From Escherichia coli (lineage in GTDB: Bacteria > Pseudomonadota > Gammaproteobacteria > Enterobacterales > Enterobacteriaceae), in assembly GCF_003018255.1 (NCBI RefSeq), contig NZ_CP027440.1: 64,000 nucleotides of DNA. One strand, 5' to 3'. Below the pieces are notes generated by a model. The model did not search any database, was not told the origin of the DNA, and worked only from the letters and a program-made list of their open reading frames with translations. Positions 56,801 to 64,000 of this stretch are shown one piece after another; positions within the stretch are counted from its first letter, which is position 1; the number at the start of each line of letters is the position of its first letter. Both the position numbers and the translations under genes were made by a program.

Positions 56801-57455
56801 CCGTCTTGAAGCTGCCCTGCGTACCACCCGACGCTGGTCGCTGGCAGATTTTCATTCTCTGTTTGTTAATCATCCCTTTACCCGTCTGGTTACCCAGCGA
56901 TTAATATGGGGCGTGTATCCGGCAAATGAACCGCGTCGTTTACTCAACGCCTTTCGTGTGGCCGCAGAGGGGGAGTTCTGCAATGCGCAAGATGAGCCCA
57001 TTGACCTGCCTGCGGATGCTCTGATTGGCATTGCCCACCCGTTAGAAATGACAGAAGGAATGCGCAGTGAATTTGCACAGCTTTTTGCCGATTACGAAAT
57101 TATGCCGCCTTTTCGCCAGTTGGCGCGGCGCACGGTGCTGCTCACACCTGACGAGTCAACCAGTAACAGCCTGACTCGCTGGGAAGGTAAATCCGCTACC
57201 GTTGGGCAGCTTATGGGAATGCGATACAAAGGCTGGGAGTCAGGCTATGAGGACGCATTTGTCTATGGCCTGGGCGAGTACCGGCTGGTCCTTAAGTTTT
57301 CACCCGGTTTTAACCACTACAATGTTGATAGCAAAGCGTTAATGAGCTTCCGTTCTCTTCGAGTGTACCGTGACAATAAATCCGTCACTTTTGCCGAACT
57401 TGATGTGTTTGATTTGAGTGAGGCGTTAAGCGCACCTGACGTCATTTTCCATTAA
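53823..57455 (+). CDS. yehI: Large DUF4132 protein YehI, paralog of MolR
   Basis: 1210 aa ORF; shared blocks with MolR (LRLRKHLSLAEES, AWDLFTAWQ.AGAP, GEMLRF). Confidence 0.8.
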   Translation: MDKELPWLADNAQLELKYKKGKTPLSHRNWPGEPVPVITENIIQTLGDELLQKAEKKKNIVWRYENFSLEWQSAITQAINLIGEHKPSITARTMAALACIAQNDSQQLLDEIVQHEGLEYATEVVIARQFIVRCYESDPLVVTLQYQNEDYGYGYRSETYNEFDLRLRKHLSLAEESCWQRCADKLIAALPGITKVRRPFIALNLPEKPEIANELVSLECSQTHFRSKEWLKVVADDPKAVKELARYWSQDIFSDREASYMSHENHFGYAACAALLREQGLAAVPRLAMYAHKEDCGSLLVQINHPQVIRTLLLVADKNKPSLQRVAKYSKNFPHATLAALAELLALKAPPARPGYPIIEDQKLPAQQKARDEYWHTLLQTLMASQPQLAEEVMPWLSTQARAVLNSYLSAPPKTVIDSTDNSQMPEILVSPPWRSKKKMTAPRLDLAPLELTPQVYWQPGEQERLASTESARYFSTESLAERMEQKSGRVVLQELGFGDDVWLFLNYILPGKLDAARNSLIVQWHYYPGRVEEIMNGWSSPEAQLAEQALRSGHVEVLINIWENDSYSRYRPEKSVWNLYLLAQLPREMALPFWLRINEKKHLSAGEDYFLSIFGLDALPGLLLAFSHRPKETFPLILNFGATELALPVARVWRRFAAQRDLARQWILQWPEHTATALIPLVFTKPSDNSEAALLALRLLYEQGHGELLQTAANRWQRTDVWPALEHLLKQSPIEIYPARMPKAPDFWHPLMWSRPRLIINHQLITDDALEIIGEMLRFTQGGRFHSGLEQLKTFCQPQTLAAFAWDLFTAWQQAGAPAKDNWAFLALSLFGDESTARDLTTQILAWPQEGKSTRAVSGLNILTLMNNDMALIQLHHISQRAKSRPLRDNAAEFLQVVAENRGLSQEELADRLVPTLGLDDPQALSFDFGPRQFTVRFDENLNPVIFDQQNVRQKSVPRLRTDDDQLKAPEALARLKGLKKDTTQVSKNLLPRLEAALRTTRRWSLADFHSLFVNHPFTRLVTQRLIWGVYPANEPRRLLNAFRVAAEGEFCNAQDEPIDLPADALIGIAHPLEMTEGMRSEFAQLFADYEIMPPFRQLARRTVLLTPDESTSNSLTRWEGKSATVGQLMGMRYKGWESGYEDAFVYGLGEYRLVLKFSPGFNHYNVDSKALMSFRSLRVYRDNKSVTFAELDVFDLSEALSAPDVIFH

Positions 57456-57516
57456 AAACACAGCGGGCAGTGATGCAACTGCCCGTTATCAACACGACTT
57501 ACCAGCGGGGAAAGCG

Positions 57517-57870
57517 ATGATCGTGCAAAAAGAGCTGGTTGCTATTTACGATTATGAGGTCCCTGTACCTGAAGATCCGTTTTCCTTCAGACTTGAGATC
57601 CATAAATGCTCTGAATTATTTACAGGTTCCGTCTATCGACTGGAGCGATTCCGGCTACGTCCAACATTTCATCAACGTGATCGAGAAGATGCTGACCCGC
57701 TAATAAATGATGCGTTGATTTATATAAGAGATGAGTGTATTGATGAGCGGAAATTACGAGGTGAATCACCTGAAACTGTAATAGCAATTTTTAATCGTAA
57801 ACTACAGAATATATTCAACCAACTAATAGAATATTACTTTATTAAAGGGGGAAGCGGTTTTCCCCCTTAG
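57517..57870 (+). CDS. yehK: Small uncharacterised protein YehK
   Basis: 117 aa ORF; its last codons run into the terminator hairpin shared with zorO. Confidence 0.65.
   Translation: MIVQKELVAIYDYEVPVPEDPFSFRLEIHKCSELFTGSVYRLERFRLRPTFHQRDREDADPLINDALIYIRDECIDERKLRGESPETVIAIFNRKLQNIFNQLIEYYFIKGGSGFPP
57844..57867. terminator. Bidirectional hairpin terminator shared by yehK (+) and zorO (-)
   Basis: Stem ggggga/tccccc with loop agcggttt; T-rich on both sides. Confidence 0.55.
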
Positions 57871-57889
57871 TTGCGTTTCAATTTGCCCA

Positions 57890-57979
57890 TTACTTCAACA
57901 AATCAATCAACCGTAACAGAGCCACTAATAGCTCCAGTACAGCAATGAGCACGGTTAACTTTTGTGTCAGCGTGTCCAT
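57890..57979 (-). CDS. zorO: ZorO type I toxin, 29 aa (MDTLTQKLTVLIAVLELLVALLRLIDLLK)
   Basis: Reverse complement of 57890..57979: SD aaggagag, ATGGACACGCTGACACAAAAG...TTGAAGTAA; matches ZorO as recalled. Confidence 0.85.
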   Translation of the reverse strand: MDTLTQKLTVLIAVLELLVALLRLIDLLK

Positions 57980-58160
57980 CCGCTCTCCTTATTAAGGAGC
58001 GCAACACCAGCACCTTACCCTTACACTGCCTGTCGACACTGGTTTACGTTTGTTGAGTCGCCATGTTGCACTCCGGATCAGAGCACTACCTGCGGCACCA
58101 CCCGTCCGGTAGCCAGGACTTGAAATGGGTTCGATCCGGCGCAACTTCCCAACAGTCAGG

Positions 58161-58211
58161 ATTATAAATCTCATTATCTTAATTGCAACACGGTCCAGCG
58201 GTGGTTATAAT
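58161..58211. promoter_or_regulatory. Divergent sigma70 promoters for zorO (-) and orzO (+) sharing one palindromic -35 hexamer
   Basis: + strand: -35 ttgcaa 58183-58188, 17 bp spacer, -10 tataat 58206-58211. - strand: -10 tataat (complement of 58161-58166), 16 bp spacer, same ttgcaa hexamer. Confidence 0.6.
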
Positions 58212-58217
58212 TCGTTC

Positions 58218-58304
58218 GTTGAGATGCCATGTTGCACTATCAGTAACTTAACATCAAAGTAGTAAATAAAAGAACCTGCCTCACCAGCAGGTTCTTTTAT
58301 TTTC
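58218..58304 (+). ncRNA. orzO: OrzO small RNA antitoxin (approximate ends)
   Basis: Starts about 7 nt after tataat; contains gccatgttgcact complementary to the zorO 5' UTR (plus-strand coordinates about 58060-58073); terminator aaagaacctgcctcaccagcaggttctttt plus T tract. Confidence 0.65.
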
Positions 58305-58497
58305 TGCGATCTACTTTCCAGATATTTTTCGCCAATAGCCCACCATAAATATTCACATCCCGGCCAAATAGTACGTTGATTATAAAATCGATGAATTTAT
58401 AAATAAAAATGAGTTATATGATGAATTAATAAAAACAGTAATCATTTTATTAAAGGGGGAAACGGTATTCCCCCTTAGATGCGTTTCAATTTGCCCG

Positions 58498-58587
58498 TTA
58501 CTTCAACAAATCAATCAACCGTAACAGAGCCACTAATAGCTCCAGTACAGCAATGAGCACGGTTAACTTTTGTGTCAGCGTGTCCAT
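58498..58587 (-). CDS. zorP: ZorP type I toxin, second copy, 29 aa
   Basis: Reverse complement of 58498..58587 encodes a peptide identical or near-identical to ZorO, with the same SD. Confidence 0.8.
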   Translation of the reverse strand: MDTLTQKLTVLIAVLELLVALLRLIDLLK

Positions 58588-58768
58588 CCGCTCTCCTTAT
58601 TAAGGAGCGCAACACCAGCACCTTACCCTTACACTGCCTGTCGATACTGGTTTACGTATGTTGGTACGAAACGTTGCTCTCCGGATCAGGGCACCGCCTG
58701 CGGCACCACCCGTCCAGCAGCCAGGACTTAAAATTGGTCCGATCCGGCACAACCTCCCAACGGGCAGG

Positions 58769-58819
58769 ATTATAAATCTCATTCACTGAATTGCAATGGA
58801 GTGTGGATATGGTTATAAT
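58769..58819. promoter_or_regulatory. Divergent promoters for zorP (-) and orzP (+), second module
   Basis: + strand: ttgcaa 58791-58796, 17 bp spacer, tataat 58814-58819. Confidence 0.55.
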
Positions 58820-58825
58820 TTATTC

Positions 58826-58909
58826 GTTGGTACGAAATGTTGCACAATCAGCAAGTTAGCGTCATTGTAGTAAATAAAAGAACCTGCCTCACCAGCAGGT
58901 TTTTTTATT
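58826..58909 (+). ncRNA. orzP: OrzP small RNA antitoxin (approximate ends)
   Basis: Contains ttggtacgaaatgttgcac, imperfectly matching gttggtacgaaacgttgc in the zorP leader; terminator aaaagaacctgcctcaccagcaggttttttt. Confidence 0.6.
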
Positions 58910-59017
58910 TACTGTGATCTGCTTTCCAGATATTTTTCGCTCAAACAACTAATGCGGCAAACATTTATTGCGCGTAAAATATCGTTTATTTCATTAATAC
59001 ATTTCAGGGATGAATAT

Positions 59018-60106
59018 ATGTCACCGCAGAATAATCATCTGCAGCGTCCGCCTGCCGCTGTGTTATACGCCGATGAACTGGCAAAATTAAAACAAAATGA
59101 TCACGCACCTTGCCCGCCCGGTTGGCAGTTAAGTTTGCCTGCGGCCCGCGCTTTTATCCTTGGCGATAGCGCGCAAAATATTAGCCGTAAAGTCGTGATC
59201 AGTCCCTCCGCTGTCGAACGCATGTTAGTCACTCTCGCTACCGGGCGCGGTTTGATGTTGGTGGGGGAACCTGGCACCGCAAAATCGCTCCTGTCTGAAT
59301 TACTGGCAACCGCTATTAGCGGCGATGCCGGGTTAACCATCCAGGGCGGCGCATCTACCACCGAAGATCAAATCAAGTACGGCTGGAACTACGCCCTGCT
59401 TATCAACCATGGTCCGTCAACGGAAGCGCTGGTCCCTGCCCCGCTTTACCAGGGAATGCGCGACGGCAAAATTGTCCGTTTTGAAGAGATAACGCGTACA
59501 CCGCTGGAAGTACAAGACTGTCTGTTAGGTATGCTTTCTGACAGGGTAATGACGGTGCCGGAACTCACCGGTGAAGCCAGTCAGCTCTATGCGCGAGAAG
59601 GCTTTAATATTATTGCCACTGCCAATACCCGCGATCGCGGCGTCAATGAGATGAGTGCCGCGCTAAAGCGTCGCTTCGATTTTGAAACCGTCTTTCCGAT
59701 TATGGATTTCGCCCAGGAGCTGGAACTGGTCGCCAGTGCTTCGGCGCGTTTGCTGGCCCATAGCGGTATTCCGCATAAAGTGCCTGACGCGGTACTGGAG
59801 TTACTGGTCCGCACCTTCCGCGATCTGCGTGCCAACGGCGAAAAGAAAACGTCAATGGATACCCTGACGGCAATTATGTCCACCGCTGAAGCCGTGAACG
59901 TGGCCCACGCAGTGGGCGTCCGCGCCTGGTTTTTAGCGAATCGCGCAGGTGAGCCAGCCGATCTGGTGGACTGTATTGCCGGAACCATCGTCAAAGATAA
60001 CGAAGAAGATCGCGCTCGTCTGCGCCGTTACTTCGAACAGCGAGTCGCCACACATAAAGAAGCTCACTGGCAGGCTTATTATCAAGCTCGCCACCGCCTG
60101 CCGTGA
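59018..60106 (+). CDS. yehL: MoxR-type AAA+ ATPase YehL
   Basis: ORF 58952..60106; start placed at ATG 59018 (MSPQNNHLQRPP...); Walker A GEPGTAKS, Walker B-like IVRFEEI. Confidence 0.8.
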   Translation: MSPQNNHLQRPPAAVLYADELAKLKQNDHAPCPPGWQLSLPAARAFILGDSAQNISRKVVISPSAVERMLVTLATGRGLMLVGEPGTAKSLLSELLATAISGDAGLTIQGGASTTEDQIKYGWNYALLINHGPSTEALVPAPLYQGMRDGKIVRFEEITRTPLEVQDCLLGMLSDRVMTVPELTGEASQLYAREGFNIIATANTRDRGVNEMSAALKRRFDFETVFPIMDFAQELELVASASARLLAHSGIPHKVPDAVLELLVRTFRDLRANGEKKTSMDTLTAIMSTAEAVNVAHAVGVRAWFLANRAGEPADLVDCIAGTIVKDNEEDRARLRRYFEQRVATHKEAHWQAYYQARHRLP

Positions 60107-60116
60107 GGAAAGATGC

Positions 60117-62396
60117 ATGAGCGAGCCGTTAATTGTCGGCATCCGGCATCATAGTCCGGCCTGCGCCCGGCTGGTGAAATCGTTAATCGAAAGCCAGCGG
60201 CCACGATACGTGTTGATTGAAGGCCCGGCTGATTTTAATGACCGGGTAGACGAACTGTTTTTAGCCCACCAGCTTCCGGTAGCTATTTACAGTTATTGCC
60301 AGTATCAGGACGGTGCAGCCCCCGGGCGTGGTGCCTGGACGCCATATGCTGAATTTTCGCCGGAGTGGCAGGCGCTACAAGCCGCTCGTCGTATTCAGGC
60401 ACAAACTTACTTCATCGATTTGCCTTGCTGGGCGCAGAGTGAAGAAGAGGACGATTCGCCTGATACGCAAGAGGAAAGCCAGACCTTGCTGCTGCGTGCC
60501 ACCCGCATGGATAACAGCGACACCCTGTGGGATCACTTGTTCGAAGATGAAAGCCAGCAAACTGCATTACCCTCTGCACTGGCGCACTATTTTGCACAAC
60601 TGCGGGGCGATTCCCCCGGAGATGCTCTCAATCGTCAGCGCGAAGACTTTATGGCCCGCTGGATTGGTTGGGCGATGCAGCAAAACAATGGCGACGTGTT
60701 AGTCGTCTGCGGTGGCTGGCACGCTTCTGCACTGGCAAAAATGTGGCGCGAATGCCCGCAGGAAATTAACACGCCGGAATTGCCCTCGCTGGCAGATGCC
60801 GTTACAGGTTGTTATCTCACCCCCTACAGTGAAAAGCGCCTTGATGTGCTGGCAGGATACCTTTCCGGTATGCCTGCCCCGGTCTGGCAAAACTGGTGCT
60901 GGCGGTGGGGCTTGCAGCAGGCAGGTGAACAACTGCTGAAAACGGTTCTTACCCGTTTGCGCCAGCACCACTTGCCTGCTTCAACAGCGGATATGGCTGC
61001 CGCTCATCTGCATGCGATGGCACTGGCACAGTTGCGTGGTCATACACTACCGTTACGCACTGACTGGCTGGATGCCATAGCAGGCTCGCTGATTAAAGAA
61101 GCCCTGAATGCGCCGTTGCCGTGGAGCTATCGCGGCGTTATTCATCCCGATACCGATCCGATTCTGCTAACGTTGATAGACACATTAGCGGGTGACGGAT
61201 TCGGTAAACTTGCCCCCTCTACGCCACAGCCGCCTCTGCCAAAAGATGTCACCTGCGAACTGGAACGTACAGGAATCTCTTTTCCGGCGGAGCTTACTTT
61301 AAATCGCTTTACCCCCGATGGACTGGCGCAAAGTCAGGTGTTACATCGGCTGGTAATACTGGAGATCCCAGGGGTTGTGCGCCAGCAGGGAAGTACACTG
61401 ACACTTGCAGGCAACGGTGAAGAACGCTGGAAATTAACCCGCCCGCTTAGCCAACATGCGGCATTAATTGAGGCCGCCTGCTTTGGTGCCACACTCCAGG
61501 AAGCCGCACGCAATAAATTAGAAGCCGATATGCTGGACGCGGGTGGAATCGGCAGTATCACCACATGTCTTAGCCAGGCGGCGTTAGCGGGTCTGGCGTC
61601 CTTCAATCAACAATTACTGGAGCAACTCACATTATTAATCGCCCAGGAAAATCAGTTTGCCGAAATGGGCCAGGCGCTGGAAGTGCTATATGCCTTATGG
61701 CGGCTGGATGAAATTAGCGGTATGCAGGGCGCGCAGATATTACAAACGACATTATGCGCGGCCATCGATCGCACGCTGTGGCTATGTGAATCCAACGGCA
61801 GACCGGATGAAAAGGAGTTTCACGCTCACCTGCATAGCTGGCAAGCGCTTTGCCATATCCTGCGCGATCTACATAGCGGCGTTAATTTACCCGGCGTTTC
61901 TCTTTCTGCGGCGGTAGCCTTACTGGAGCGACGCAGTCAGGCGATTCATGCCCCGGCGCTGGATCGCGGCGCGGCACTTGGCGCACTGATGCGTCTGGAA
62001 CATCCCAACGCCAGTGCCGAAGCGGCGCTGACAATGCTGGTGCAATTATCCCCGACACAATCCGGCGAGGCGCTGCACGGTTTGCTGGCATTAGCCCGTC
62101 ATCAACTGGCCTGTCAGCCGGTATTTATCGCCGGTTTCAGCAGTCATTTAAATCAACTGAGTGATGCCGATTTTATCAATGCCCTGCCCGATTTACGCGC
62201 GGCGATGGCCTGGCTACCACCACGAGAACGCGGGACGCTGGCGCATCAGGTGCTTGAGCATTATCAACTGGTGCAACTTCCCGTTTCGGCACTGCAAATG
62301 CCGTTGCATTGTCCACCACAAGACATTGCACATCATCAACAACTCGAACAGCAGGCACTGGCATCGCTGCAACACTGGGGAGTTTTCCATGTCTGA
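60117..62396 (+). CDS. yehM: Large uncharacterised protein YehM (759 aa)
   Basis: ORF 59949..62396; start placed at ATG 60117 (MSEPLIVGIRHHSPACARLVK...) 11 nt after yehL stop. Confidence 0.75.
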   Translation: MSEPLIVGIRHHSPACARLVKSLIESQRPRYVLIEGPADFNDRVDELFLAHQLPVAIYSYCQYQDGAAPGRGAWTPYAEFSPEWQALQAARRIQAQTYFIDLPCWAQSEEEDDSPDTQEESQTLLLRATRMDNSDTLWDHLFEDESQQTALPSALAHYFAQLRGDSPGDALNRQREDFMARWIGWAMQQNNGDVLVVCGGWHASALAKMWRECPQEINTPELPSLADAVTGCYLTPYSEKRLDVLAGYLSGMPAPVWQNWCWRWGLQQAGEQLLKTVLTRLRQHHLPASTADMAAAHLHAMALAQLRGHTLPLRTDWLDAIAGSLIKEALNAPLPWSYRGVIHPDTDPILLTLIDTLAGDGFGKLAPSTPQPPLPKDVTCELERTGISFPAELTLNRFTPDGLAQSQVLHRLVILEIPGVVRQQGSTLTLAGNGEERWKLTRPLSQHAALIEAACFGATLQEAARNKLEADMLDAGGIGSITTCLSQAALAGLASFNQQLLEQLTLLIAQENQFAEMGQALEVLYALWRLDEISGMQGAQILQTTLCAAIDRTLWLCESNGRPDEKEFHAHLHSWQALCHILRDLHSGVNLPGVSLSAAVALLERRSQAIHAPALDRGAALGALMRLEHPNASAEAALTMLVQLSPTQSGEALHGLLALARHQLACQPVFIAGFSSHLNQLSDADFINALPDLRAAMAWLPPRERGTLAHQVLEHYQLVQLPVSALQMPLHCPPQDIAHHQQLEQQALASLQHWGVFHV

Positions 62397-63525
62397 ACTG
62401 AACGATCTTCTGACCACCCGTGAGCTACAACGCTGGCGATTAATTCTTGGCGAAGCGGCAGAAACGACGCTTTGTGGGCTGGATGACAACGCCCGGCAGA
62501 TAGACCACGCGATGGAGTGGCTGTATGGGCACGATCCTGAACGGTTCCAGCGTGGTGAACGCTCCGGTGGATTAGGTTGCTCAAATCTCACCCCCCCTGA
62601 GTGGATCAACAGTATTCACACGCTGTTTCCGCAACAGGTGATTGAACGGCTGGAAAGCGATGCCGTACTGCGCTACGGCATTGAAGATGTGGTGACGAAT
62701 CTCGACGTGCTGGAACGTATGCAACCGTCTGAAAGCCTGCTACGCGCCGTTTTGCACACCAAACATCTGATGAATCCCGAAGTACTGGCTGCCGCCCGCC
62801 GGATAGTACGCCAGGTTGTTGAAGAAATTATGGCTCGACTGGCAAAGGAAGTTCGTCAGGCTTTTTCTGGTGTCCGCGATCGCCGCCGTCGCTCATTTAT
62901 TCCACTGGCGCGTAATTTCGATTTCAAAAGTACGCTGCGTGCCAACCTGCAACACTGGCATCCGCAACACGGCAAGTTGTATATCGAATCCCCCCGCTTT
63001 AACAGCCGCATTAAGCGCCATAGCGATCAATGGCAACTGGTCTTACTGGTTGATCAAAGCGGATCGATGGTTGACTCGGTGATCCACTCAGCGGTGATGG
63101 CGGCCTGTTTATGGCAGTTACCCGGCATTCGTACCCATCTGGTGGCGTTTGACACCAGCGTGGTTGATCTCACGGCAGACGTTGCCGATCCGGTAGAGTT
63201 ATTAATGAAAGTACAACTGGGCGGCGGGACCAATATCGCCAGTGCCGTGGAGTATGGTCGGCAACTTATTGAACAACCTGCAAAAAGTGTCATTATCCTC
63301 GTGAGCGATTTCTATGAAGGTGGTTCATCATCATTGCTGACGCATCAGGTGAAAAAGTGTGTCCAGAGCGGCATCAAAGTGCTGGGACTGGCGGCGCTCG
63401 ATAGCACCGCAACACCTTGCTATGACCGCGATATGGCCCAGGCACTGGTTAATGTCGGTGCACAAATAGCCGCCATGACGCCGGGCGAACTGGCGACCTG
63501 GCTTGCGGAGAATCTTCAGTCATGA
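62389..63525 (+). CDS. yehP: von Willebrand factor A domain protein YehP
   Basis: ORF 62161..63525; start placed at ATG 62389 (MSELNDLLTTRELQRW..., 378 aa) overlapping yehM stop; MIDAS motif LVDQSGSM. Confidence 0.8.
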   Translation: MSELNDLLTTRELQRWRLILGEAAETTLCGLDDNARQIDHAMEWLYGHDPERFQRGERSGGLGCSNLTPPEWINSIHTLFPQQVIERLESDAVLRYGIEDVVTNLDVLERMQPSESLLRAVLHTKHLMNPEVLAAARRIVRQVVEEIMARLAKEVRQAFSGVRDRRRRSFIPLARNFDFKSTLRANLQHWHPQHGKLYIESPRFNSRIKRHSDQWQLVLLVDQSGSMVDSVIHSAVMAACLWQLPGIRTHLVAFDTSVVDLTADVADPVELLMKVQLGGGTNIASAVEYGRQLIEQPAKSVIILVSDFYEGGSSSLLTHQVKKCVQSGIKVLGLAALDSTATPCYDRDMAQALVNVGAQIAAMTPGELATWLAENLQS

Positions 63526-64000
63526 ATTCACTACGTCCGGAATTATTAGAACTGACACCACAGGCACTGACGGCGTTAAGCAATGCCGGTTTTGTTAAGC
63601 GCAGCCTTAAAGAACTGGAAAATGGCAACGTCCCGGAAATCAGTCATGAGAACGGCGCTTTAATCGCCACCTTCAGTGACGGTGTCCGCACCCAGCTGGC
63701 GAACGGCCAGGCACTGAAAGAGGCTCAGTGCAGCTGCGGGGCCAGCGGCATGTGCCGCCATCGCGTGATGCTGGTTTTAAGTTATCAGCGACTTTGCGCC
63801 ACCACCCAGCCTACGGAAAAAGAAGAAGAGTGGGATCCGGCAATCTGGCTGGAAGAACTGGCTACCCTGCCCGATGCCACCCGCAAACGCGCACAGGCGC
63901 TGGTCGCTAAAGGCATCACCATTGAGTTGTTCTGTACGCCGGGCGAAATTCCCTCTGCCCGCTTACCGATGAGCGATGTACGTTTTTATTCCCGCAGCAG
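63522..64000 (+). CDS. yehQ: SWIM zinc-finger protein YehQ, N-terminal portion; continues past the window end
   Basis: ATG 63522 overlaps yehP stop (caTGAat); translation MNSLRPELLELTPQALTALSN... contains CSCGASGMCRHRVMLVL (CxC...CxH SWIM-like); no stop before window end. Confidence 0.7.
   Translation, partial: MNSLRPELLELTPQALTALSNAGFVKRSLKELENGNVPEISHENGALIATFSDGVRTQLANGQALKEAQCSCGASGMCRHRVMLVLSYQRLCATTQPTEKEEEWDPAIWLEELATLPDATRKRAQALVAKGITIELFCTPGEIPSARLPMSDVRFYSRS

Larger units (their letters stand above)
57843..58910. repeat. Two tandem ~608 bp Zor/Orz type I toxin-antitoxin modules
   Basis: Near-identical units starting at the hairpin aaagggggaagcggttttccccctt (57844) and aaagggggaaacggtattccccctt (58452). 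Confidence 0.85.

Noticed and set aside
57992-58174. 60 aa minus-strand ORF in the ORF track (and its twin at 58600..58782)
   Set aside because: Lies entirely inside the zorO/zorP 5' leader and promoter region; no SD; best explained as untranslated leader of the type I toxin mRNA.
59949-60116. N-terminal extension of the yehM ORF (track start 59949) overlapping the 3' end of yehL
   Set aside because: The in-frame ATG at 60117, just after the yehL stop, gives the expected 759 aa product; the extension is read-through of an open frame.
62161-62388. N-terminal extension of the yehP ORF (track start 62161)
   Set aside because: Cys/His-rich junk-like translation inside the yehM coding region; the ATG at 62389 overlapping the yehM stop is the plausible start.

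Overview
This window reads as a contiguous Escherichia coli chromosomal segment, syntenic with the K-12 yegE-alkA-yegD ... mdtABCD-baeSR ... gat operon ... thiMD-rcnRAB ... yehABCD-mrp-metG-molR-yehI-yehK-yehLMPQ region, but clearly not K-12 itself. All gene identities come from reading the translated ORFs and recognising motifs by eye; no database search was run. Most of the window is ordinary, well-known housekeeping, transport and regulatory genes. The parts worth a second look are: (1) four tandem Ibs/Sib type I toxin-antitoxin modules between yegL and mdtA; (2) two tandem ZorO/OrzO type I toxin-antitoxin modules between yehK and yehL, with divergent promoters sharing one palindromic -35 hexamer; (3) two intact tandem giant WGR-DUF4132 paralogs (molR, yehI) immediately upstream of the uncharacterised yehLMPQ cluster (MoxR-type AAA+ ATPase, large partner protein, VWA protein, SWIM zinc-finger protein); (4) the yegL-yegK-yegI operon (VWA protein, PP2C phosphatase, Ser/Thr-kinase-like membrane protein). 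The yehLMPQ/molR/yehI block is the best candidate for an undescribed system, but its genes are already named and conserved, so novelty lies in function, not in discovery of the locus. No CRISPR array, tRNA, rRNA, transposase or integrase was seen. Coordinates of small RNAs, promoters and terminators are approximate to within a few nucleotides.
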